A stretch of 47,899 nucleotides of DNA from Armatimonadota bacterium. Its GTDB lineage: Bacteria > Armatimonadota > Zipacnadia > Zipacnadales > UBA5352. The position numbers and the translations under genes are program-made. The notes beneath the pieces were generated by a model. That model made no database searches. It saw only the letters and a program-made list of their open reading frames with translations, and was not told the origin of the DNA. Positions 1 through 9,200 of this stretch are shown here, one piece after another; position 1 is the first letter of the stretch, and the number at the start of each line of letters is the position of its first letter. Location: assembly GCA_051745855.1 (NCBI GenBank), contig JBNJEK010000003.1, positions 1 through 47,899 of the forward strand, written 5' to 3'.

Positions 1-1
1 C

Positions 2-703
2 ATCAAGTCGGTGGTGCTGCGCATAAACTCCCCGGGCGGCAGCGCAGCGGCTTCGCAGGAGCTTTACCACGCCATCAGACAGCTTGCGGATGCGAAGCCG
101 GTCGTGGCTTCGATGGCTGACGCAGCCGCATCGGGCGGATATTACATCGCGCTGCCCGCGGAGAGGATCATAGCCAACCCGGCGACGATGACCGGCTCGA
201 TCGGTGTGCGGATGAGCTTCCTGCACTACTACGAGTTGATGGACGAACTCGGAGTCGATGGCGGCAGCATCACATCGGGACCTTACAAGGACATCGGCAG
301 CCCGTGGCGTGAGATGACCGACAGCGAGCGCGAGCTTCTGCAGGGCATGATCACCAACATCTACGATCAGTTCATAAACGACGTCGCAGAGAGTCGCGGG
401 ATGGAGGTCGACGAGGTCAGGACACTCGCCGACGGACGGATCTTCACCGGCGAGCAGGCCATGAACGCGGGACTGATCGACGAGACCGGCGGGTTCAATG
501 ACGCCGTGAGGATCGCGGGCGAACTCGGAGGCATCGAGGGTGAGCCACAGGTGCGCGACATGGGCCGGCGGGGCGGCTTGTTTGACCTGCTGGGCATGCA
601 AACAAAAGCGATCGCACGCGAGGCGGCCCGCGACGCCGTGACGGACGTTCTCCGCGATATCCGGGTTGAGGATGCCGAGCAATTGCTGCAGATGAGACGC
701 TGA
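2..703 (+). CDS. sppA: Signal peptide peptidase SppA (S49), 5'-truncated by window edge
   Basis: Motifs VVLRINSPGGS, AASGGYYIA, TGSIGV, SGPYKD and DGRIFTGEQA; frame is open to the window start. Confidence 0.95.
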   Translation: MKSVVLRINSPGGSAAASQELYHAIRQLADAKPVVASMADAAASGGYYIALPAERIIANPATMTGSIGVRMSFLHYYELMDELGVDGGSITSGPYKDIGSPWREMTDSERELLQGMITNIYDQFINDVAESRGMEVDEVRTLADGRIFTGEQAMNAGLIDETGGFNDAVRIAGELGGIEGEPQVRDMGRRGGLFDLLGMQTKAIAREAARDAVTDVLRDIRVEDAEQLLQMRR

Positions 704-838
704 GATGGCGACATGCCGCGCCCCCGGGGAAGGCCTCGGGGCTTGGGGGGTAGAAGATGCCCATCGAGACCGTTGACCTGTGCAGATGAGACAGGGCCTT
801 TCCGAGAAGAACACGACTTCACCTGAGGACGTTACTTG

Positions 839-3487
839 ATGGCTGACAAAGTGCTGCTTGTTGACGGACACTCGCTCTTTCACCGCGCATTCCATGCGCT
901 GCCGCCGCTGAGCACCAGCGACGGCCAGCCTACCGGCGCGCTGCTGGGCTTTTTGCAGATGATGATGCAACTGCTCGAGCAGGAGGAGCCGGACCATGCC
1001 GCGGTGGCGCTCGATCTCCCCGGCCCGACCTTCCGCGACGAGATCTACGAGGAGTACAAGTCACACCGCCCTCCCACCGACGATGCGCTCAGGGCGCAGG
1101 TGCCGCTGCTCTCGGATCTGATCGAGGCGCTCGGGATGACCGCCGTCTCGCTCGAGGGCTACGAGGCCGACGATGTCATCGGCACGCTCGCGAAGCGGGC
1201 TGCCGAGCAGGGCCATCAGGTCGTCATCGTCACCGGCGATCGCGACCTGCTGCAACTGGTCGATGACAACATCGAGGTCGTCGCCACGCTCCGCGGCATC
1301 AAAGACACCCGCCGCTACGATCGCGAGAAGGTTCGCGAGGATTACGACCTTGAGCCCCGTCAGCTCATTGACCTCAAGGCACTCGCCGGCGACAGCTCCG
1401 ACAACATCCCCGGCGTGGCCGGCATCGGCGACAAGAGCGCACATACCCTGCTGGAGCAGTTCAGTTCGGTGGAGGAGGCACTTGAGAACACGGACGAGAT
1501 CGAGTCCACGCGCATCCGCAACCGCCTCGAGCAGCAGCCCGAGGCCGCGCGGCTCAGCAGGGAGCTTGCCGAGATACACACCGATGTGCCCATCGACACA
1601 GGCCTCGATGAGATCGCCTGGGAGGGCTTCCCCGTCGAGCGGCTGCGCGAACTCGCCGGGAAGCTCGAATTCTCCGCGGTGCTCGACCGACTCCCCCAGG
1701 GAGAGCAGGACGAGCGCAACGTTCATGTCGAGGCAATCCATGACCAGGATCGCCTTGATGACATACTGGCGCAGGTTCGCGCGGAGGGCTCGATGGCCGT
1801 TGGGCTGGCGGGCGATGATCTCGCGACCCTCGCGGTGGCCGCCGGAGCCGACCTTGCGGTGCTGATACCGCTGGCCCCGGCCACCACCGAGGCGGAGGGG
1901 ACGCTCTTCGCGGAGGCCAGCGACGACAACCTCGACCTCAGCGGGCTCGCCGGCGTCCTCGCCGATGAGGACATCGACAAGTACGCGGGCGACCTCAAGG
2001 GTCTCATCCGCGCTCTCGCGCCGCTCGGCTACGCGATCGCCGGCGTCGAGTTTGACCCGGAGATCGCCTCATATCTGCTTGTGCCGAACCGACGCGATCA
2101 CTCCGTCGGACTGCTCACCCAGGAACATCTCGGCTACGCGCTGCCCGAGATCGACGGGGAATCGCAGGCCGAGATCGAGCCCGAGCATCTCCTCGCCGCG
2201 ACGGAGGCGCTGTCGGTGCGCGATCTCCGCGCCCCGCTGCGGGAGCACCTCGAGCGGGCGGGGCTGCTCTCGCTCTACGAGGAGATCGAGATGCCGCTGG
2301 TCCCGATCCTCGCGGAGATGGAGCTTGCCGGGATCGCGGTCGATGAGGGGAAACTCGAGGCGCTCGGAGAGCGGTTCGACGAGATTGTCGGCGACGTGGA
2401 GGGCCGCATCTGCGAGTTGGCGAACTGTGAGTTTAACGTCGGCTCGCCGCAGCAGCTTTCCGAGGTGCTCTTCGAGCAGATGCAGCTGCCGAAGGGCCCG
2501 AAGACGAAGACCGGGTGGTCCACCAGCGCCGCGGTGCTCGAAGAGCTGGCCGAGGATCACGAGGTCGCGAAGCTGGTGCTGGAATACCGCGAATATGCCA
2601 AGCTGCGCTCGACCTACGTGGACGGTCTGCTGCGCGAGGTCGGGGACGATGGCCGCATACACACCTCATTCGAGCAGTGTGTGGCGGCCACCGGGAGGCT
2701 CTCAAGCCGCAACCCGAACCTGCAGAATATTCCGATCCGCACCGAGGTGGGGCGGGAGATACGAAGCTGCTTCGTGAGCGGCCCGGGCAATGTGCTCATC
2801 GCGGCCGATTACTCGCAGATCGAGCTTCGGATCCTGGCGCACCTTTCGGGCGATTCGCGCCTGCAGGAGGCGTTCTCATCGGGAGCGGACATTCACACCG
2901 AGACCGCCGCCGCACTCTTCGATGTCCCGGCCGATGACGTCGATTACGAGATGCGCGGGCGAGCGAAGACCGTCAACTACGCAGTGCTCTACGGGCAGGG
3001 CCCGACGGCGCTTGGTAAGCAACTCGGGATTTCGAGGGAGGAGGCGGAGGCCTTCATCGAGAACTACTTCCGCGCGCTCCCCGGAGTCCGCCGCTACATC
3101 GACGAAACTGTTGCGATGGCGAAGGAGGCCGGGTACGTCGAGACGCTGCTGGGACGCAAGCGGCCGCTCCCGGAGATCAACGGGTCGGACGGCCGAGCCG
3201 CCGCATACGCCGAGAGAGCCGCGGTGAATACGCCGATCCAGGGCACCGCCGCGGATATCATCAAGCTCGCCATGATCGATCTTACGCCACGAATACGCCG
3301 ACTCAATGACGAAACCCGGATGCTCCTGCAGGTGCATGACGAACTGGTTCTCGAAACACCCGAGGAAAGCCTCGATGAGGTCGCCGGCCTTGTCAGGGAG
3401 GTGATGGAAGCGGCCTGGAAGATCAGTGTGCCGCTCACTGTCGATGTTTCCGCGGGGAACAACTGGCGCGACATGAACGATGTCTGA
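839..3487 (+). CDS. polA: DNA polymerase I
   Basis: 5'-3' exonuclease motifs (LLVDGHSL, YEADDVIGT, GDSSDNIPGV); PolA motifs TGRLSSRNPNLQNIP, DYSQIELRILAH, RAKTVNYAVLYG, LQVHDELV. The 3'-5' exo region looks degenerate. Confidence 0.98.
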   Translation: MADKVLLVDGHSLFHRAFHALPPLSTSDGQPTGALLGFLQMMMQLLEQEEPDHAAVALDLPGPTFRDEIYEEYKSHRPPTDDALRAQVPLLSDLIEALGMTAVSLEGYEADDVIGTLAKRAAEQGHQVVIVTGDRDLLQLVDDNIEVVATLRGIKDTRRYDREKVREDYDLEPRQLIDLKALAGDSSDNIPGVAGIGDKSAHTLLEQFSSVEEALENTDEIESTRIRNRLEQQPEAARLSRELAEIHTDVPIDTGLDEIAWEGFPVERLRELAGKLEFSAVLDRLPQGEQDERNVHVEAIHDQDRLDDILAQVRAEGSMAVGLAGDDLATLAVAAGADLAVLIPLAPATTEAEGTLFAEASDDNLDLSGLAGVLADEDIDKYAGDLKGLIRALAPLGYAIAGVEFDPEIASYLLVPNRRDHSVGLLTQEHLGYALPEIDGESQAEIEPEHLLAATEALSVRDLRAPLREHLERAGLLSLYEEIEMPLVPILAEMELAGIAVDEGKLEALGERFDEIVGDVEGRICELANCEFNVGSPQQLSEVLFEQMQLPKGPKTKTGWSTSAAVLEELAEDHEVAKLVLEYREYAKLRSTYVDGLLREVGDDGRIHTSFEQCVAATGRLSSRNPNLQNIPIRTEVGREIRSCFVSGPGNVLIAADYSQIELRILAHLSGDSRLQEAFSSGADIHTETAAALFDVPADDVDYEMRGRAKTVNYAVLYGQGPTALGKQLGISREEAEAFIENYFRALPGVRRYIDETVAMAKEAGYVETLLGRKRPLPEINGSDGRAAAYAERAAVNTPIQGTAADIIKLAMIDLTPRIRRLNDETRMLLQVHDELVLETPEESLDEVAGLVREVMEAAWKISVPLTVDVSAGNNWRDMNDV

Positions 3488-3605
3488 GGATGCGTCAAGA
3501 CGCTACTTTACTTAACTCAGTCGGTTGACCTTGATCCTGATGCATGAGGTCGAGGCCTGGCGGGACGGTCAGAACCGGAACCCGTCCGGCGAAGGAGGAC
3601 TTCGG

Positions 3606-5330
3606 ATGTCTGCCTGGGATTTTGAAGAAGACGACAAGCAGCCCAACGATCAGCCCGACGCCGAGAACAACAGCGAGGACGCTTCGCCCGCCGAGCAGCC
3701 CCAAGCCGAGCCTGAGCCCGAGCAGCCTGAACCCGCGCCCGAAGCTGAGCAGTCTGAGCAGCCTGAAGCGGAGGCCGCCGAGGCGCCTTCGGAGAAGCCA
3801 CAGCCTGAGGCCGAGGCTCCTGTCGAGGAGCAGCCCGAGCCCGAAGCAGCCGAGGCCGAGGAGCAGATCACGTCGATGGATGACGTGGACCTTGACGCCG
3901 CGGCGCCCGCGAATCTCAAGCCCGGCGACATTGTCACCGGTGAGGTCGTCTCCATCGATGATGGCGGCGTGCTCGTTGATGTGGGCGGGAAAGCCGAGGG
4001 CGTCGTGCCCATGTACGAGTTCCTCGACCGCTCCGAAATGCCCGAGCGCGGCGACGAAATTGAGGTCGCGGTGGTTAAACTTGAGGACGATGAGGGCATA
4101 ACAATACTGTCCAAAAAGAGCGCCGACTACGAGCGCGTCTGGAATCGCGTGATCAAGGCCATGAAGACCGGAGAGATCGTCGATGCGATGGTCACCGACC
4201 GCGTCAAAGGCGGTCTGCGCGTGGACCTCGGCGTCTCGGGCTTTGTTCCCGCGTCGCACGTCGCCACACGCGACGTGCGCAATCTCGACCGCTTCGTCGG
4301 TCGCTCGCTGCGCCTGAAGGTCCTCGAGGCCGACCGCCAGCGCAAGAAGGTCGTGCTCTCACACCGGCAGGTTGTCGAAGAGGAGCGCGAGCAGCGGCGT
4401 AAGGAGACTATCGAGCGCCTCCAGGAGGGCCTCGTCTGCGAGGGCAAGGTCCGCAACATCACCGACTACGGCGCATTCATCGACCTCGGTGGCGTTGACG
4501 GCCTGCTTCACGTCTCAGAGATGTCGTGGGGACGCGTGGAACACCCGTCCGACGTCTGCAGCGTCGGCGACACGCTCCGCGTCATCGTGCTCGACATCGA
4601 CACCAAACGCGACCGCATCTCCCTCGGCCGCCGGCAGATCCTTCCGGATCCGTGGAAGCGCGTCGGCAAAGAGATCCGCCCGGGATCGACCGTCCGGGGC
4701 CGGGTCAACCGCATCGTGCGCACCGGCGCATTCGTCGAACTGCCCGAGTACGAGGTCGAGGGCTTCCTGCCGATCGGCGAACTCGTCGAAAAGCGCATCG
4801 ATTCGCCCGGCGAGATCATCGACGAGGGCCAGGAAGTTGACCTGAAGGTCCTCAAGCTCAGGGCCGAAGCGCGTCGCATGACCCTCTCGCTGCTCGCCGC
4901 CACTCAGGAGAAGCAACGCGAGGAGATGCAGCAGTACATGGCGGACGAAGAGACGCCGCGCACCACGCTCGGCGACCAGTTCGCCGATGTCCTCGGCGCC
5001 GTGGCGGCTGAACTCGGGGAAGAGGAGCCGGCCGAACAACCGGAGAAGGCCGCCGCGGAAGCGTCGGAGAAGGAAGCCGCCGGCGAAGGGTCGGAGGAGG
5101 CCGCTGCGGAAGCGTCGGAGAAGGAAGCCGCCGGCGAAGGGGCGGAGGAGGCCGCTGCCGAAAAACCGGAGAAGGCCGCCGCGGAAGCGTCGGAGAAGGA
5201 AGCCGCCGGCGAAGGGTCGGAGGAGGCCGCCGCCGAAAAACCGGAGGAGGCCACCGCCGAAGAGTCGGAGAATAAGGCCACCGGGGAGTCGGAAGCGGCT
5301 GAGGGTGAAGAGCCCGACGAGGACGCGTGA
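3606..5330 (+). CDS. rpsA: 30S ribosomal protein S1 (four S1 domains) with long acidic N- and C-terminal extensions
   Basis: S1 repeats (GVLVDVGGKAEG, KGGLRVDLG-GFVPASH, YGAFIDLGGVDGLLHVSEMSW, GAFVEL-EGFLPI); SD GAAGGAGG upstream of ATG 3606. Confidence 0.93.
   Translation: MSAWDFEEDDKQPNDQPDAENNSEDASPAEQPQAEPEPEQPEPAPEAEQSEQPEAEAAEAPSEKPQPEAEAPVEEQPEPEAAEAEEQITSMDDVDLDAAAPANLKPGDIVTGEVVSIDDGGVLVDVGGKAEGVVPMYEFLDRSEMPERGDEIEVAVVKLEDDEGITILSKKSADYERVWNRVIKAMKTGEIVDAMVTDRVKGGLRVDLGVSGFVPASHVATRDVRNLDRFVGRSLRLKVLEADRQRKKVVLSHRQVVEEEREQRRKETIERLQEGLVCEGKVRNITDYGAFIDLGGVDGLLHVSEMSWGRVEHPSDVCSVGDTLRVIVLDIDTKRDRISLGRRQILPDPWKRVGKEIRPGSTVRGRVNRIVRTGAFVELPEYEVEGFLPIGELVEKRIDSPGEIIDEGQEVDLKVLKLRAEARRMTLSLLAATQEKQREEMQQYMADEETPRTTLGDQFADVLGAVAAELGEEEPAEQPEKAAAEASEKEAAGEGSEEAAAEASEKEAAGEGAEEAAAEKPEKAAAEASEKEAAGEGSEEAAAEKPEEATAEESENKATGESEAAEGEEPDEDA
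5043..5292 (+). repeat. Intragenic tandem repeat of alternating 24/27-bp units encoding E(K/E)AAAE(AS/KP) and EKEAAGEG(S/A)
   Basis: GAAGCGTCGGAGAAGGAAGCCGCCGGCGAAGGG occurs three times near-identically in the rpsA 3' end. Confidence 0.9.
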
Positions 5331-5367
5331 GGTGGCTTCACGGCGGGAGACCTCGAAGGCGGAGACG

Positions 5368-5958
5368 ATGACGGTTATTGGCGTCATCGGGCCAATTGCG
5401 GCGGGCAAGTCGGTTGTGATGGACGAGCTGAGCCGCCTTGGTGCGGGCATAATTCGCGCCGACGAGGTCTCCCGTGAGATTCTCGCGCCCGACAGTCCTT
5501 TGCTTGACGAGGTGATCGCGGAATTCGGCGATTCATTTCGAAAGAAGGACTTCGCGCTCGACCGGGCGAAACTGGGTGCAGTTGTGTTCGCCGACGAAGA
5601 CGCGCGCCGCCGTTTGGAGCGCATTGTGCACCCGGCGATGGTCCGGCGCATCGCGGAGAAGATCGAGCGGATGCGGACGACGGATCAGCCGGCGGTGGCC
5701 GTGGAAGCGGCGAATCTGATCGAGATGGGCGCAGAGCCGCTCGTAGATGTCACGGTGATGGTGGACGCTCCGGAGGACGTCCGCCTCCGTCGACTCATGG
5801 AACGCGACGGATTGTCGCGGTCCGAGGCGCTCCGGAGGATCGAACTGCACCGTCGCCTCGGAATCGCGGAGCATCCGGTCGACTTTCGGATCGACACGTC
5901 GGGCGATGAGCAGATTACACGGCGACAGGTGCAACGGCTCTGGCGCGAGGTTGTCTAA
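5368..5958 (+). CDS. coaE: Dephospho-CoA kinase
   Basis: P-loop VIGVIGPIAAGKS, LDRAKLGAVVFAD and LERIVHP; ATG 5368 follows GGAG. Confidence 0.93.
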   Translation: MTVIGVIGPIAAGKSVVMDELSRLGAGIIRADEVSREILAPDSPLLDEVIAEFGDSFRKKDFALDRAKLGAVVFADEDARRRLERIVHPAMVRRIAEKIERMRTTDQPAVAVEAANLIEMGAEPLVDVTVMVDAPEDVRLRRLMERDGLSRSEALRRIELHRRLGIAEHPVDFRIDTSGDEQITRRQVQRLWREVV

Positions 5959-6029
5959 CGATTGAGCGCTCGTTCGTCAGAACCAGGCCAATCTGTCAGT
6001 GACGTCACGCAGGGTTAACCGGGTCCGGC

Positions 6030-6059
6030 TTGCGCTGGGTCCTTCGGGTGTGCTATAAT
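6030..6059 (+). promoter_or_regulatory. Sigma70-type promoter of the exported-protein operon
   Basis: TTGCGC-N18-TATAAT with an extended -10 (TGcTATAAT). Confidence 0.75.
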
Positions 6060-6282
6060 CCGCTGCCGAAGTAGCTGTGTTCCGGGGACGTCCGGATGGC
6101 GCGGATAAAACCCGGCGGGTGGCCGCTGCGGAAACGGAGACTCTCATGACAGGGGGCAGGGCCAGTTGATATCATCAAGACCGGCCCCTCAACAAGAGAT
6201 GCAACCCGGAAATGAACGAGGATATGCACGATTTGAAGCGCAGCGACTGCATGAGCGCATGCCGCAGGCCCGGGGAGTGATT

Positions 6283-9200
6283 GTGTTGCAGAAGGGACGG
6301 TTCCTTCTGACGCTCACCATATTGACGTGTGCCGCACTTATCTTCTCCACCGCCGTCGACTCCCTGGCTGCGCCCGATCGCACCGCTCAGGAGGCGGATC
6401 CGGTCGCCGCCGCGCGTTACGCCGAGGGTGCGACGACACCCAGTGGCCGGACCTACATCGGCCTCCAGAGGCCCGACTGGCTCTTCGAGCGGATGAGAGA
6501 GATGCGCACCGCGCAGGGCTCCGGCCCCATCCCGGACCTGAACCTCACCCCGGGCGCCACCGACAGTGAGGAACTCTTCGCGAACTCGGCGCCCTACGGT
6601 GAGTTGAACCGAATCGTCATCGCCTCCAACGGCATCGACGAAGATGGCGATGGCAGCTTCGATCCCGATGCCACCGCCGAAAGCTTCAACCTCTGGCAAC
6701 TTCGGGTGGACGGTTCATTCGCCACCCAGCTGACCGACACCGAACACGATGAACTCTACCCGGCATACAGCCCCGGCGCGCGCTTGATCGCGTTCTCTTC
6801 GAACGAGACTGGCACATGGCAGATTTACACCGTCGAGGTGCTCACGGGCACTATCCGACAGCTTACATTCGGCTCGGGGAACAAGTACGAGCCGACATGG
6901 TCGCCTGACAGCAGTTGGATCGTCTTCAGCGGCGACGCCACCGGCAACCGGGACCTGTACATCATCCCGTCCGACGGCTCTGCCCAACCAGAGCCCATCA
7001 CGCAGACGCCCGAGGACGAAACGCAGCCTCGCTGGGCTCCAACCGCGAATGTGGGCTCCGCCCCCATCCTGTTCACCCGCTCCGCGGGGACGACCGGCAG
7101 CCGCATCTTCAGGATCGGCTCCAACGGGCAGGATGAGGAGCAGGTCACCAACGGGGGCGGCGACCCGACCGCCAACGACACCGATCCGGCCTGGCGTCAC
7201 AACGGTCAGTTGATCGCGTTCGCCTCCGATCGGCTCACCGAGGGCGACGACGTGACGATGGACTACAACATCTGGACCGTGCCGCCGAGCGGCGAAGACA
7301 TGACCGAGGCCACGCTCCGGAGCAACCTCGATCCCGACGACACGTACGACGACCGCTACCCGGCATTCAACCCCGGCCTCAATCCGCGACAGCCCATCCG
7401 GATCTTCTTCACCTCCTCGCGGCCAGATGGCGCGGGTGCCGAGCCGGATATATGGCGCTTTGAACTCGACGATCCCGTCCCGCCCGAGCTTGTCGATCTT
7501 CCTTCGGTTGACGCCCCCCGCCGTCTCGTCTCCCCCGGCGGTGAGGTCACAGTGAGTGTCGAGGTCTTCGACGGTGACAGCGGCGTCGCACAGGTCGTCG
7601 CGGAGTTCAAAGACCCCGATTCAGCCGTTGACGACAGCCAGGGCGTCGACCGCAAGCAGTTTCAGCCAATCAGCGTCTCCCTTCAATCCGGCGCCGAGGG
7701 CACCGTCCATCGCGAACTCGATTGTGATACGGTCGGACAGGTCGAGTTGTTCGATGACGGTGATCCGGCCAATGGCGATGAGGTAGCCGGTGACGGGATC
7801 TTCAGCGGCGTATGGACGACACCACCATCACCGAGCGACTACATCATCGATGTCCACGTCCAGGACAACGCGGGCAACGCGTTCGAGTATGACGATATCT
7901 ACGGCTTCACCACCGAGATGTTCGAGCCCACGACCAATGTGCTGTTCGTCAACGACTACTGTGAGGGTCAGGGCTTCATCTTCGCGGCCAGTGGGGCCAA
8001 CAACGACTTCCCCACGCAGTTCCCGGTGGAGAGCTACTACACCACCAACCCCGGCGCGGGAGGCTCGCAGAACACCATCCGCGACGCCCCCCGAGGTACC
8101 GGTGAACCGTACGATATCTGGCGCGTGATCTGTCGAGGGCCGATCACGGTCAGCGACCTGATCTACTACCTGCCCACACGCGAAACGCAACTGTCGGTCC
8201 CGGATCTCACGGGGACGAGCGAAGTGCTCGTTGCGGACCGCGCGATAATCTGGGCCGCTCCGCACACCGGCAGTGTCTGGGCCGGTCCGGGCAGTCTCGT
8301 CGATGCCACCACACAGGCGACGCTGGCGACCTTCCTCGACCGCGGCGGGCGTATGATGATTTCCGGTCAGGACATCGGCTTCGCGCTGACGCTCGATGGC
8401 ACGAGCACCAACAACTTCTACTCTAACTACCTGCACGCCTCATTCGTCACCTCCGACAACAATGGCGTCACCAACGGTGGGATCACCGACGACTTCATCA
8501 ATGGCACCGATGGGGATCCGGTCGTCGCGCACCCGTTCTCATTCTGGCCGCCGGAGGACGTCGAGATTCCGGATGATGACGCCGCCATCGGCTGGTGGGA
8601 GACTGACAACACTCTGTATCCGCAGGACTGCGCTCACTTCACCGTCTGGCCCGATGTGATCCAGGCGACCGGCGACGCAGTCGTCACCCACAGCTACGAC
8701 AACGGCAGGACCGCCGGCCTGCGCTATCAGGCCCCGGCCGGCGGCTATCGTGTCGCCTACTACGCCTGGGGCTTTGAGCAGACCCACAAAGTCTGGGGCG
8801 GCGACGGGCCGCATTCGCTGAATTATCGTTCGAAGTTCATGCACAACACGTTGTGCTGGCTGCGAACAGGCGGCTTCCAGGGCCGAGTGCTGTCGATCAG
8901 CGACGGCAATCAGCCGATAAATGATCCGCCCCCGATCATCCGGGTCATGAGCGGCAACACCATGGTTGCCGCCGTGCAGGCCGAAGAGGACGGGCGTTAT
9001 GTAATGGGTGGTGTCCCGCCCGGTACCTACACCCTCAGCGCCGCCCGGCCGGGCTTTGATATCGACCACTCCACCTCGCGCTCAACGCACGGCGGGCTGA
9101 ACTACCCCGTCGTTGACTTCGCGATCGCGCGCGCCGAACCCGGCGCAATCCGCGGCACGGTGACCTCGCAGGCAACCGGCGAGACGCTCGCCACCGTCGA

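Noticed and set aside
1700-2280. Degenerate 3'-5' exonuclease domain of PolA as a novelty
   Set aside because: Loss of proofreading in Pol I is well known (Bacillus/Thermus type).
4987-5367. Arg/Pro-rich N-terminal extension of CoaE, or a programmed rpsA-coaE frameshift fusion
   Set aside because: It is the alternative frame of the rpsA repeat tail. coaE has its own SD and ATG at 5368, and there is no convincing slippery site.
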